Of a stretch of 64,000 nucleotides of DNA, positions 48,516-59,535 are shown one piece after another (within the stretch, counting starts at the first letter, position 1; each line of letters begins with the position of its first letter). The notes under the pieces were generated by a model, which worked only from the letters and a program-made list of their open reading frames with translations, did no database searches and was not told the origin of the DNA. Source of the DNA: Verrucomicrobiia bacterium. Lineage in GTDB: Bacteria; Verrucomicrobiota; Verrucomicrobiia; Limisphaerales; UBA1319. The stretch spans positions 4,672,001-4,736,000 of the forward strand of contig OY760937.1 of NCBI GenBank assembly GCA_963664225.1. The letters run 5' to 3'. Both the position numbers and the translations under genes were made by a program.

Positions 48516-49556
48516 ATGATGATGAACAAGCGCGAACGGTTTTTGAATGCCTGCCACTGCAAGCCGGTGGATTGTCCGCCGCTCTGGCTCATGCGACAAG
48601 CGGGGCGCGCGCTGCCGGAGTATCGGGCCATGAAGGAGCAGCGCACCTTTCTGGAGATGGTGCAAACGCCCGAGTTGGCCGCGGAGGTGACGCTGCAACC
48701 AATACGGCGTTTCGGATTCGATGCGGCCATTCTATTCAGCGACATCCTGGTGATTCCCGAGGCGCTGGGTCAGAAGTATCATTTCCGCGATGCGGGCGGT
48801 GTATGCATGGAGTTTTCCGTGCGCAGCGCCCAGGACGCTGAACGTCTGCGATGGGAGGGTGTGGCCGGGCGATTGCCTTACGTGGATGCCGCGCTGCGGC
48901 TGTTGAAGAAGGAATTAAACGGGCAAACGGCGTTGATTGGTTTTGCGGGATCGCCCTGGACGCTGGCCAATTTCATGGTCGAGGGAGGCAGTTCGAAGAA
49001 TTTTACGCGCGCACTGGCCTGGTGGCAGGAAGACCGCGCGGGTTGCGAACGCTTTCTGGCACGGCTGACCCAGGCGGTGATCGAGTATTTGGAGCTGCAA
49101 ATCGCGGCCGGGGCCGAAGCGCTGCAAGTTTTCGATACGCTGGGCGGGTTGTTGGACGAGGCCGCCTTCGGTCCGGCATCGGCGCGCTGGATGGGGCAGA
49201 TCGTTGAGGCTGTTGGCGGGCGTGTGCCGGTCATCCTTTTTTCCAAGGTGCCCCAATCGCATTGGCGGTTTATGATCGATTCGCGACCGGGGGGCATCAG
49301 CATGGACAGCGCGATCAGCATGGCGGCGGCACGAAAGGCGATTCCGGCGGGCATTGCCATTCAGGGCAACCTGGATCCAAACGTCATGACGGGTCCGATC
49401 GATGGGGTTGAATCGGGTGCGCGCGGAATTCTGCAGGAGATGAATGGCCGAAATGGGTATATCTTTAACCTTGGGCATGGATTGCCTCCGACCACGCCTG
49501 TTGAAAATGTGACGCGACTGGTGGAGACTGTGAGGACATTTAAATGGGAAAAATAG
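48516..49556 (+). CDS. hemE: Uroporphyrinogen decarboxylase
   Basis: WLMRQAGR, DAAILFSDIL, QGNLDP and FNLGHG motifs. Confidence 0.96.
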   Translation: MMMNKRERFLNACHCKPVDCPPLWLMRQAGRALPEYRAMKEQRTFLEMVQTPELAAEVTLQPIRRFGFDAAILFSDILVIPEALGQKYHFRDAGGVCMEFSVRSAQDAERLRWEGVAGRLPYVDAALRLLKKELNGQTALIGFAGSPWTLANFMVEGGSSKNFTRALAWWQEDRAGCERFLARLTQAVIEYLELQIAAGAEALQVFDTLGGLLDEAAFGPASARWMGQIVEAVGGRVPVILFSKVPQSHWRFMIDSRPGGISMDSAISMAAARKAIPAGIAIQGNLDPNVMTGPIDGVESGARGILQEMNGRNGYIFNLGHGLPPTTPVENVTRLVETVRTFKWEK

Positions 49557-50917
49557 AAGTCAATCTGGAGTTGGTCCGAAAATATAACGTTCCGGGACCG
49601 CGCTATACGTCCTATCCGCCCGCGCCCCGGTTTACGTCGGATATCGGATGGACAGAGCTGACGGATTACGTGCGGAAGAACAACGCCACGGAGCGGGATA
49701 TTTCGCTCTACTATCATCTGCCATTTTGCCGTTCGTTGTGCTGGTTCTGCGGCTGCACAACGGTCATCACCAAGAAACAGGAGGCCTCTGGAACCTATCT
49801 GACCTATCTGGAAAAGGAAATGGATCTCATGCAGCCCTTGCTGAATCCCCGCCGGAAGGTCACGCAGATGCATTTTGGCGGCGGCACGCCCACATTCCTT
49901 TTGCCGGATGAAATACGGCGGCTGGGCCAGTCCATTCATCAACGGTTCCAATTTGCGGAGAACTATGAGGCGGGCGTGGAGATCGATCCCAGAGGGGTGA
50001 CACGCGATCATCTGACGGCCTTGCGTGAAGCGGGTTTCAACCGGGCGTCGATCGGGGTGCAGGACCACAACCCGGAGGTGCAGCAGGCGGTGCATCGCAT
50101 CCAGCCACGGGAAATGTCCGAGGCGGTTGTGGATTGGATTCGGGAGGCGGGTTTTCACTCGCTGAACATGGACCTCATTTACGGGCTGCCGCATCAGACG
50201 CCCCATTCTTTTGAAAAGACCCTCTGTGACATTATTGCGCTAAAACCGGACAGGCTGGCGGTGTTCAGCTACGCGCATGTGCCCTGGCTCAAACACGCCC
50301 AGAACGTGTTGGAATCCCGGAATCTGCCAACGGCGGAGGTGAAGATGGAGCTGCTCAAGCTGACCATCGAGAAACTGACCTCCGAAGGTTATGTGTATAT
50401 CGGCATGGATCATTTCGCGCGGGAGAATGACGAGCTGGCGGTGGCCCAGAAGCAAAAGACACTGCAGCGGAACTTTCAGGGCTACAGCACGCATGGCGGG
50501 GCGGATATTTACGCTTTTGGCATGTCCTCGATTTCGCAAACCGATACGGTTTACTGGCAGAATCTCAAGGAATTGCCCCAGTATTACGGGGCGCTGGACC
50601 AGGGACGGTCACCACAGATCAAAGGCTATGTGCTGACGCGCGATGACCAGATTCGTCGGCAAACCATCATGCGGCTCATGTGCCATTTGAGCCTGGATCT
50701 GGCGAAGCTTTCCGCGGATTTCGATATCGACGCGCCGCGCTATTTTGAGAAGGAACTGGCGTCTCTGACCGATTTGGAGGCGGACGGCCTGGTCAAACTT
50801 ACAGATCAGGGTGTCGAAATCACGGATTTGGGGCGATTGCTCATACGGAATATCTCCATGCGTTTTGACGCCTACCTGCCAAAGGAAAACGAGCGCCGGT
50901 TTTCAAGAACGATATGA
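49544..50917 (+). CDS. hemN: Oxygen-independent coproporphyrinogen III oxidase (radical SAM)
   Basis: GPRYTSYP, CRSLCWFC, GGGTP, IGMDHF and RNFQGY motifs. Confidence 0.96.
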   Translation: MGKIEVNLELVRKYNVPGPRYTSYPPAPRFTSDIGWTELTDYVRKNNATERDISLYYHLPFCRSLCWFCGCTTVITKKQEASGTYLTYLEKEMDLMQPLLNPRRKVTQMHFGGGTPTFLLPDEIRRLGQSIHQRFQFAENYEAGVEIDPRGVTRDHLTALREAGFNRASIGVQDHNPEVQQAVHRIQPREMSEAVVDWIREAGFHSLNMDLIYGLPHQTPHSFEKTLCDIIALKPDRLAVFSYAHVPWLKHAQNVLESRNLPTAEVKMELLKLTIEKLTSEGYVYIGMDHFARENDELAVAQKQKTLQRNFQGYSTHGGADIYAFGMSSISQTDTVYWQNLKELPQYYGALDQGRSPQIKGYVLTRDDQIRRQTIMRLMCHLSLDLAKLSADFDIDAPRYFEKELASLTDLEADGLVKLTDQGVEITDLGRLLIRNISMRFDAYLPKENERRFSRTI

Positions 50918-52338
50918 AATCAGTGGCCATTATTGGAGGGGGAATCACAGGGCTAACGGCCGCGTTCCGACTGGAACAAAAAGGAATCCCTGTCGCTCTT
51001 TACGAAGCGAACAACAGGGTGGGGGGCGTGATTGAATCAATTCGCGAGGGAGGTTACCTGGCCGAGTTCGGACCGAATACGCTTCTGGAGACCTCGCCCA
51101 ACATCATGGAATTGATTCGCGCGGCGGGGTTGGAAGAGCGTTGCTGGCATTCCGACCCAGGCGCGGAGAATCGCTACCTGGTGCGGGGGCGCAAAACCAT
51201 CGCCATGCCGGGCGGGTTGTTTGGATTTTTGAGCACGCCGTTGTTTTCCACTGCGTCCAAGTTCGCCCTGTTCAAGGAACCGTTTGTGCCGCGATGGAAC
51301 AACGCCCATGAAGAGAGCGTGGCGGAATTGGTGGTGAGACGGTTGGGAACGGATTTTCTCAATTACGCCATCGATCCCATGGTGGCGGGGGTCTATGCGG
51401 GAAATCCCGCGCGCCTGTCTGTGATGCACGCGTTTCCCAAGCTCTACGCGTTGGAACAGAAATACGGGTCGTTGATCAAGGGGCAGATTTTGGGCGCGCG
51501 CGAACGCAAACGCCGGGCGGAGGTTTCCAAGCAAAACGCGAAGAAGATTTCATTCGACGACGGTCTGCAGGTGCTGCCTGACGGACTGCGGGCGCGGTTG
51601 CGTGGGCCAGTCCGTTTGTCAGCCCGCGTGAAGAGCGTTGCGCGCAGGGCAGAGGGTTGGACGGTGACGTGGGAATCTGCCGATGGCGTGCATTCCGAGG
51701 AACACAGCACGGTTCTTTATTGCGGCACGGCTCATCAATTGGCGGAACTCCAGCTTGGCGGCCAGCAGACGATCGATACGAAGCCTTTCGCGGCGGTGCG
51801 ATACCCGCCAGTGGCGAGCGTTGTGCTGGGATTCCGTCGCTCGGAAGTGACGCATCCGCTGGATGGATTTGGGGCGTTGATTCCCAAATGTGAGGGTTTT
51901 AACATTTTGGGCACGCTATTCTCGTCGTCACTTTTTGCGCGGCGCGCGCCAGAGGGTTTTGTGACGCTCACGTCCTATGTCGGGGGCGAAAGAAATCCGG
52001 ATCTGGCCTTCAAACCTGAAAACGAGCTGGTGGATTTGGTGTGCAAGGATCTGGCTGTTTTGTTCGGGGTGAGCGGCGCACCGACGTATCGACGCTGCAC
52101 GCTGTATGCGAAGGCGATTCCCCAGTATGAAGTGGGCTATGGGCGCATCAAGGACCTGGCGGATCGGATGGAGACCGACGCGCCCGGATTCTTTATTGCG
52201 GGGAATTTTCGGAATGGCATTTCACTTAGCGATTCGCTCCTGTCTGGTTGGAATGTCGCGGACCGGATTGAAACATTCCTGAATCAAAAACCTGAGGGTG
52301 CGCCAAACATGACTGCGGCTGTGCCGATACACACCTGA
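50914..52338 (+). CDS. hemY: FAD-dependent protoporphyrinogen oxidase (HemY type)
   Basis: IIGGGITGL, EFGPN, GVYAG, GFGALIP and AIPQY motifs; ATGA overlap with hemN. Confidence 0.92.
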   Translation: MKSVAIIGGGITGLTAAFRLEQKGIPVALYEANNRVGGVIESIREGGYLAEFGPNTLLETSPNIMELIRAAGLEERCWHSDPGAENRYLVRGRKTIAMPGGLFGFLSTPLFSTASKFALFKEPFVPRWNNAHEESVAELVVRRLGTDFLNYAIDPMVAGVYAGNPARLSVMHAFPKLYALEQKYGSLIKGQILGARERKRRAEVSKQNAKKISFDDGLQVLPDGLRARLRGPVRLSARVKSVARRAEGWTVTWESADGVHSEEHSTVLYCGTAHQLAELQLGGQQTIDTKPFAAVRYPPVASVVLGFRRSEVTHPLDGFGALIPKCEGFNILGTLFSSSLFARRAPEGFVTLTSYVGGERNPDLAFKPENELVDLVCKDLAVLFGVSGAPTYRRCTLYAKAIPQYEVGYGRIKDLADRMETDAPGFFIAGNFRNGISLSDSLLSGWNVADRIETFLNQKPEGAPNMTAAVPIHT

Positions 52339-52342
52339 TTCC

Positions 52343-53374
<1,032 letters not shown>

Positions 53375-53546
53375 GGCGGATTGTCAATTGCCGCGGTTTT
53401 CGGGTGCAGGCAAGGGGAAGGGAAGCGGTTTAGCTTTGTGAAGTTTCCGTAACGATTCCGGGAGGTCATTATTTAAAATTCGAAAATAAATTGGAATGGG
53501 GTTGACATAAGGGGAAATAATTAGTTTTTTTAGTTAACAATTAATT

Positions 53547-54425
53547 ATGCAACTCGAGACCCTCAAAATGTTCTGCGATCTGGCCGAAACGGAGAGTTTC
53601 ACACGGGCGGCCCAAATCAGCGAGGTCACCCAGTCCGCCGTCAGCCAGCAGATCAGCGCCCTGGAACGCCATTTCAAGTCGATACTCATCGAACGGAGCA
53701 AGAAGAAGTTTCGCCTCACGCGGGAGGGTCAGGTGCTTTACGATTACGCCAAGCAGATGATTCAAACTTATGAATCGCTGCAGAGCAAATTGCAGGAGAT
53801 CAAGGATGTCATTTCCGGCACGATTCGCATTGCCACGATTTACAGCATCGGGCTACACGATTTGCCGCCGTATTTGAAGAAATATCTCAAGACCTTCCCG
53901 ACGGTCAACGTGCATGTGGAATACCGGCGCGCCAACCAGGTTTATGACGATGTGCTCGGCAATGTGGTCGATCTGGGCCTGGTGGCCTATCCAGTCCGCG
54001 ACAGTAAATTGGAGATGATACCGCTGCGCAAGGATCGGCTCGTTCTTATTTGCCATCCCCACCATCCATTTGCGAAGAATTCGGGCGTGAAGCTTTCCGC
54101 GCTCTCAGGCCAGAAATTCATCGGGTTCGAACCTGACATTCCGACGCGCAAGGCGATCGACAAGATCCTGAAGGACCACGGTGTGCTGGTCCAGAACGTG
54201 ATGGAGTTCGACAATATCGAAACGGTGAAGCGCGCGGTGGAAATCGACGCGGGAATCGCCATCGTGCCCCAGGGCACCGTCACTCAGGAAGTGACCAATA
54301 AGACACTGGCCCAGTTGACGATCGATGACGGGGAGTTTTACCGTCCGCTGGCGGCCATTGTGAAGAAGAGCAAGGTCATTTCACCCGCGATCAAGCAGTT
54401 CATCAGCGTACTCAAAGGCGGCTAA
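53547..54425 (+). CDS. LysR family transcriptional regulator
   Basis: SFTRAA..VTQSAVSQQISALE helix-turn-helix followed by a substrate-binding domain. Confidence 0.94.
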   Translation: MQLETLKMFCDLAETESFTRAAQISEVTQSAVSQQISALERHFKSILIERSKKKFRLTREGQVLYDYAKQMIQTYESLQSKLQEIKDVISGTIRIATIYSIGLHDLPPYLKKYLKTFPTVNVHVEYRRANQVYDDVLGNVVDLGLVAYPVRDSKLEMIPLRKDRLVLICHPHHPFAKNSGVKLSALSGQKFIGFEPDIPTRKAIDKILKDHGVLVQNVMEFDNIETVKRAVEIDAGIAIVPQGTVTQEVTNKTLAQLTIDDGEFYRPLAAIVKKSKVISPAIKQFISVLKGG

Positions 54426-54449
54426 GGGGCAGGTTTTCGTTGGGCGTTC

Positions 54450-55244
54450 CTAGCGCGAGGCGGAAGAATCGGACGCATACCAATCGCGGATTCGGACGTC
54501 CACGCCCGCATCGGTTCCCAGGAGCTGTTTGAAGCGTTCCAGGTCGCTGCCCCGATAGTGGAATGGGAAAACGACTTTGGGATGGAACGCGCGAACGGGC
54601 TTCGCCGCCTGATCCACATCCATGGTATAGGGCAGATTCATGCAGACAAAGGCGAAATCGATATCCTTCAATGCGCGCATTTCAGGCGTTTCCTCAGTGT
54701 CGCCACTGATGTAAACGCGTTTGCCTCCAAGGGTGAGCACGTATCCGTTGCCGCGGCCTTTGGTGTGAAACTTGAGGCGCTCTTCGGTGGTGTTGTAAGC
54801 GGCGATGGCTTCAATGGGGAACTGCCCGGATATGTTTGTGTCGCCATTGACCAGGGTGGTTGCTTGCTTGCGCAATGAATCGGGGAGCAATTGGACCACG
54901 GCGGTTGGGGCGATGATTTGAGTCTCCGGCTTGATAAGACCCTCAAGCGTTTTGGCATCCAGGTGATCGCCGTGAATATCGGTGAGCAGGATGACATCCG
55001 GTTTTGGGAATTTGCCAAAGAGCTTCGCTCCCCCAACGGGATCGACATAGATGGCTTGTTTATTCCATTCCATGACAAAGCTGGCGTGATGCACGGGGTG
55101 GATGACCAGATCGCCGTTCGAGGTTTGGAAGCGATCCTCCGCGGAGGTGGCGCCAACGGCCGCCAGGCACGGCAGGATAAGGCAGCATAACAGCGAGTAA
55201 AACGCTCTGCTCATTTGCACAGGCATAGTACGATAGGTGCTCAT
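54450..55244 (-). CDS. Secreted MBL-fold metallo-hydrolase (UlaG/UPF0173-like)
   Basis: HHAS, VDP, TDIHGDHLD, SGDT, MNLPYTM and PFHY motifs; GGAG upstream of the ATG at 55244. Confidence 0.85.
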   Translation of the reverse strand: MSTYRTMPVQMSRAFYSLLCCLILPCLAAVGATSAEDRFQTSNGDLVIHPVHHASFVMEWNKQAIYVDPVGGAKLFGKFPKPDVILLTDIHGDHLDAKTLEGLIKPETQIIAPTAVVQLLPDSLRKQATTLVNGDTNISGQFPIEAIAAYNTTEERLKFHTKGRGNGYVLTLGGKRVYISGDTEETPEMRALKDIDFAFVCMNLPYTMDVDQAAKPVRAFHPKVVFPFHYRGSDLERFKQLLGTDAGVDVRIRDWYASDSSASR

Positions 55245-55390
55245 AAAAGTCTCCAAATGGCCCGGCGGGTCAGATCGCGCGATGCCGGGCCTTTTCACGG
55301 TCTGCTGGCAGCATTCCACACGCGTCTGGTTCGCGCAAATGAAACGTTTTCGCAATCTGCCACCGTTCAGTTTTTCAACGACCTTCCAAT

Positions 55391-56332
55391 CTATACGCCA
55401 AAGACCTTGCGCACGAATTCGCGGCTGCGCTTGTGATTCTCAATGACTGAACGGGTGATTTTTGTTCCGCCTTCCAGTGCGAGCTCCACGGTGAACACGC
55501 GCGGCAGATTGTTTTTGCGCACGTAATCTGCGATGGACGTGTAATTGATATCGCCCTGATCGAGGTCTTCCCACCAGATGCCCTGGCGGCTTTGGCGCAA
55601 ATGCCAGGAAACGACTCTTTTGCCATACTGCCTGAGAGCGTCCATGGGTTCGATTCCGCCCTTAAAAACCCAATGAACATCGTAGCAGAAGCCGATCTTA
55701 TCCGGGTCCGTGTGGTCAAAATTATAGTGAAATTCGCGGGCATTATGGGCCATTTCAGGCATGTGATGATGAATGCCGATCTGGATGCCGATTTCCTTAA
55801 GGCCCGTTCCGAGGTCCTTGAGGGCGGCGACCTGGTTTTTCAGCTCCTCATCGGTTTTTTCGCGGCCGATGGGATCGAGATTGCAGCTCAGTCGTCGAAA
55901 ACCCTGGTCGTAGGCAACCTTGGCGGCTGCGAGCAAATTCTTGATGTTCTCAGCGGCTTTATCCGCTTCATGCAGGCGGGCACCGGTATAAAGGGTGACC
56001 GGTTTTAGTCCGCGAGTCTTCATCTGGCCGGCCTGACGGACCGTGTTTTCCGGTTGGTTGACGTCGAGATTGCTTTCCAAGTAATCGTAACCCGTGTCGC
56101 GCAAGGCCGACATGACCCCTTCAATATCGAAGGGCTTTTTATCGCGCTCGGCATACTGTCCCCAGCCAAATTGGTTGGAGCCCACAAGGCCTTTGGCGGA
56201 ATCCGGATTGTCGGCGGCTGTGAGTGCAACCACTGGGAGGCTTCCACCTGCGGCGATGGACAGAAGGGAGAGTTGTCGAAGGAAAACGCGACGGGACAGC
56301 GCGTTGGCCGCAGCAGACGATGTGTTGTTCAT
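55391..56332 (-). CDS. Tat-exported sugar phosphate isomerase/epimerase (IolE-like TIM barrel)
   Basis: Tat motif SRRVFL; HHH..E, DVHW, HLRQ and VE motifs; ATG at 56332. Confidence 0.8.
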   Translation of the reverse strand: MNNTSSAAANALSRRVFLRQLSLLSIAAGGSLPVVALTAADNPDSAKGLVGSNQFGWGQYAERDKKPFDIEGVMSALRDTGYDYLESNLDVNQPENTVRQAGQMKTRGLKPVTLYTGARLHEADKAAENIKNLLAAAKVAYDQGFRRLSCNLDPIGREKTDEELKNQVAALKDLGTGLKEIGIQIGIHHHMPEMAHNAREFHYNFDHTDPDKIGFCYDVHWVFKGGIEPMDALRQYGKRVVSWHLRQSRQGIWWEDLDQGDINYTSIADYVRKNNLPRVFTVELALEGGTKITRSVIENHKRSREFVRKVFGV

Positions 56333-56488
56333 GAATTCAGCAAAAAGGATGTTTTGCTTTGCTGCAAGAAGATATTTGGCATTCCCATAAAGACTTAAAC
56401 ACGAATTGCCGCAAAAGTGCTTGTGGGGCCGGGCTTGGAGTTGAGGGACCCATTCGTTCTCTAATTGGGAAATGTTACTCACGCTCAC

Positions 56489-57520
56489 TTACTGTTGCTG
56501 GATGCGATAGAATTGTTTTGGTTGAGTGAGGGCGTTGGTGACCGTTTGTTGCAGGGTGCCGCCGGTGCCGGAAAATGCCGTCTGGGGAAGCGTTGTCCAC
56601 GTGCTCGACGACAAATCGTCGCGGCTTTGGATGACGTAGCTATGTCCCGAAACTGAAGTGACGCTCAGACGCAGATCGTTTCCGATTCTTTCCACAGCGG
56701 TGATGCGCAGTGACGACACCGGAAGGTGGAGGATGAGGGAAAGATGATCGGCCGATCCGTCATTATAGCTTCCGGCGTCACGGGTCATGACGAGCATGAG
56801 TTGAATGGCTCGGGTGCCGACGGGGACGACATTGTTCGTGGCGCGATAGAGAGTCATTGTGACGTTGGTTCGATCCAATGCCAGAACATTGCCTATGGTC
56901 GTCGTTCCCAGCGAATTGGATGATGCGTTTAAAAAAGTTGCGATCAGGGAAGCGCGATCATCTTGAGACGCGAATCCGCCGAACCAGCCGCTCAATTCGG
57001 ATTGTACGGTGCCTGAATCCACTTCCGTGGCTGCTGCGGAGAGATCAATGATCTGTGTGGCACTGGAGGAGGAATTGTTGGGGCCGCCCGTAAAAACATT
57101 GGTGCCGAAGGGCAGGCCCGGCCATGGAAGTGCGGACGCGTCGCCGTAAACTGTCACCGTGAAATTGCCACTGCTGGTCCAGTTTGGCACTGGCACCACG
57201 TCCAACCCCGAAACCGAGCCCGCTCCGGCCTCGGCGTCCGGGTTGGAGATCAGGTTTCTCTCAAACAGACCGGAAGGCGAAGTGTCCGCTGCTGGATTGC
57301 TCCAGAATCCGCCATCCATCGCATAGTCGCCGCCGGTCATGGTCACAGCGGCATCCGCCTGGCCGGTGGAGCCGCTGAGGGAATACTCCCCACCGGTACT
57401 TGTGCCACCGCTGCCGTCGATGGCGAACCAATCGATGGCGAATTGCGCTTCAGCACTGGATGTGCGTAGGCACGCCAAGGCCACGATAAGATTAAGAATG
57501 ACCTTCAGTTCGGTTTTCAT
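56489..57520 (-). CDS. Secreted protein: 'IDWFAIDG' Gly-rich N-module, galactose-binding-like domain and FYR-type C-terminal domain
   Basis: Signal peptide (SAEA-Q); FAIDWFAIDGSGGTSTGGEYSLSGSTGQ...GGFW; NLISNPDAE...VPVGTR..DGSADHLSL; ends QFYRIQQQ. Confidence 0.72.
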   Translation of the reverse strand: MKTELKVILNLIVALACLRTSSAEAQFAIDWFAIDGSGGTSTGGEYSLSGSTGQADAAVTMTGGDYAMDGGFWSNPAADTSPSGLFERNLISNPDAEAGAGSVSGLDVVPVPNWTSSGNFTVTVYGDASALPWPGLPFGTNVFTGGPNNSSSSATQIIDLSAAATEVDSGTVQSELSGWFGGFASQDDRASLIATFLNASSNSLGTTTIGNVLALDRTNVTMTLYRATNNVVPVGTRAIQLMLVMTRDAGSYNDGSADHLSLILHLPVSSLRITAVERIGNDLRLSVTSVSGHSYVIQSRDDLSSSTWTTLPQTAFSGTGGTLQQTVTNALTQPKQFYRIQQQ

Positions 57521-57539
57521 GTCGGATTTCCAGATAAAT

Positions 57540-58835
57540 TCATCTCCCGATGGTGACGGGGCCGCCATAGGCCTCGATTCGCATTTTCTTATTGATCGTG
57601 GCCGTTTCATTTCTTGAACCGGCTTTGACGCTAAGGGTCCCATTATAGGCTACCGCGTTCACACCTGCCGCGAGGGTGCCAAACGGGAGATCGAAGGTTC
57701 CGAGTTGTGGCTGGCCTTGATAGTTAAAGTCCACCCACACTTCATTCCGGCCTATGTTGACTATGGCAGTTGAGGACGCGCTGTTGATGTTGAGAACCGT
57801 GATGGCGACGTTGTTGTTCAAATCATGGAAGGTCTGATCCTGGAGCCGCTCTGCCCCGCCATCGGCCCGAATGAGATAGAAAAGCCCGTCAGGACGAAGC
57901 TCATGAATCAATACTGTATCCTGAGGAATGCCCGCATCCCAGCCCGTCTTGCGGCGAAACTCGATGCTGTAATAATGGTTTGGATTGGCGGCGTCGATGG
58001 GCACCTTGGTCATCAAAAAGCCATTTGCTTCCGGGTGGTTCACGGCGGCGAGGGTTACGGTTTGGGATGTGCCATCCCAAGTCGAAATTCGATCTGCCGT
58101 CAGCCATCCAAGTTTGTCCAGGTTCAGGGTGGTGAGTCCTGGGCCGCTATTTCCGTATGTGCCCGCAAAAACAGGATTGGAATTGCCGAAGGTCATGGCG
58201 CTCATGATATCCCAACCGTCACCGTATGCCCCCGGGCGGCCATCGCTATTTGGATCATAGGACACAGCAGACTCGTCAAAGGTATGGTCCAAACCGTAGC
58301 AATGACCCATCTCATGCGCGGCAAAACTGACGAACCACGCATCCGGATCGAGCAGGACGCGCCCGCCCTGACTGCCTGAGTCAATCTTGACGTTCAAGAT
58401 CGCGATGACGCCATAAAACTTGGATGTATTAACGTTTGTTGCCGCGGCGATGCATGCATCGATGCGTTGCTTGCGGGTCATTGCCTGGCCTTGGGCCAGG
58501 GTAATCCCCATCGTGTACCATCCAGATGTTGCCGTGCCGTCCAAAGAGATCTGACCATAGGACGCATCGCGCCAGTACCCGGCCATCCCAGCGTTGCTGG
58601 TTATAAAAGAGGAATCGAATGTTGGCTCTTGAGGCTGATCGGAGAATTTGCACTTGATCACGGCCCAGGACGTTGGGCCCTGCGGGCCAGCGTTCGCAGT
58701 GAAAGTGCTCATGATCAAGCCTCCAATGGCTGCTCCCAGGACCAATATCAGGCGAGCCATCGAGATTAATAATGCCGGAAGTTGAAAAAACATTTGTTGG
58801 GGTGTTGGAACAGCAGGCATACTTTTCTCACTCAT
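57540..58835 (-). CDS. Secreted metzincin-type metalloprotease (M6/M11-like) with a GGPVTIG C-terminal module
   Basis: HEMGHCYGLDH, YGDGWDIMS (Met-turn), KLGW and IEFR...GWD motifs; the true start may be 58760. Confidence 0.8.
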   Translation of the reverse strand: MSEKSMPAVPTPQQMFFQLPALLISMARLILVLGAAIGGLIMSTFTANAGPQGPTSWAVIKCKFSDQPQEPTFDSSFITSNAGMAGYWRDASYGQISLDGTATSGWYTMGITLAQGQAMTRKQRIDACIAAATNVNTSKFYGVIAILNVKIDSGSQGGRVLLDPDAWFVSFAAHEMGHCYGLDHTFDESAVSYDPNSDGRPGAYGDGWDIMSAMTFGNSNPVFAGTYGNSGPGLTTLNLDKLGWLTADRISTWDGTSQTVTLAAVNHPEANGFLMTKVPIDAANPNHYYSIEFRRKTGWDAGIPQDTVLIHELRPDGLFYLIRADGGAERLQDQTFHDLNNNVAITVLNINSASSTAIVNIGRNEVWVDFNYQGQPQLGTFDLPFGTLAAGVNAVAYNGTLSVKAGSRNETATINKKMRIEAYGGPVTIGR

Positions 58836-58950
58836 TGGCTCAAGGCCGCTGCCGTGAAGAACTGGCCGATGTTCGTTGCGTGAAGCATTGTGTTTGGATT
58901 ATATTCAGATTCACAGGTTGGCTTTCTTTAAATCGGCAGTCGGTTTTGTT

Positions 58951-59478
58951 TCATTGTCCGGAGAGGTGCCCGGCGGCGTTCTCCGCCGGAGACCAGAACG
59001 AATCCCCTTTGGGCCTCGAACTTCTGGCATGGGTGAGTTTCCGGGCCTCTTTGTAAGCCGTGCGGGCTTTAGCGGTGTGGCCGAGTTTTTCCTCGGCCCA
59101 GCCCTTGATCAGAAGGCACGTGGCCACGTCGTGAAGAATTCCATATTGGGCGATGCTTTTCCGCCCGGCCTCTGTGACCACACCGGTTGGCAGAGTCACC
59201 TTGGCGGAGTCGAGGGCGGCCTGGCTCCGATTGGCCGCTTCGCCAAAACGAGCGATGCACAGGTCGGCGTTCGTGATGGCTGCGGCGTACTGGGTATTCT
59301 GAAATGCAGTCCAGGCATCAGCCGTGTATTTTTGGTGGAGTGGTTCGCTCAATGGCGGGCGTGAGGAGTCCATGGCCGGGGAGGGTTCGGGAACCGGATC
59401 GCCCTGCGCGCATACATCAATTCCAAAACCGACGGCGAGGAAGGCTGCGAGGAGAACTATAAAACTTGAGTTTTTCAT
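58951..59478 (-). CDS. Small secreted alpha-helical (TPR-like) protein
   Basis: Signal peptide; helical pattern AW.A...Y...I...CI, DVATC..IKG.A...LG...A..AY and FWSPA. Confidence 0.65.
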   Translation of the reverse strand: MKNSSFIVLLAAFLAVGFGIDVCAQGDPVPEPSPAMDSSRPPLSEPLHQKYTADAWTAFQNTQYAAAITNADLCIARFGEAANRSQAALDSAKVTLPTGVVTEAGRKSIAQYGILHDVATCLLIKGWAEEKLGHTAKARTAYKEARKLTHARSSRPKGDSFWSPAENAAGHLSGQ

Positions 59479-59535
59479 TCGATTTAATGTACCAATTGCA
59501 TGTAGTTTCAACGATTCACAGGTGTTCGCATATCG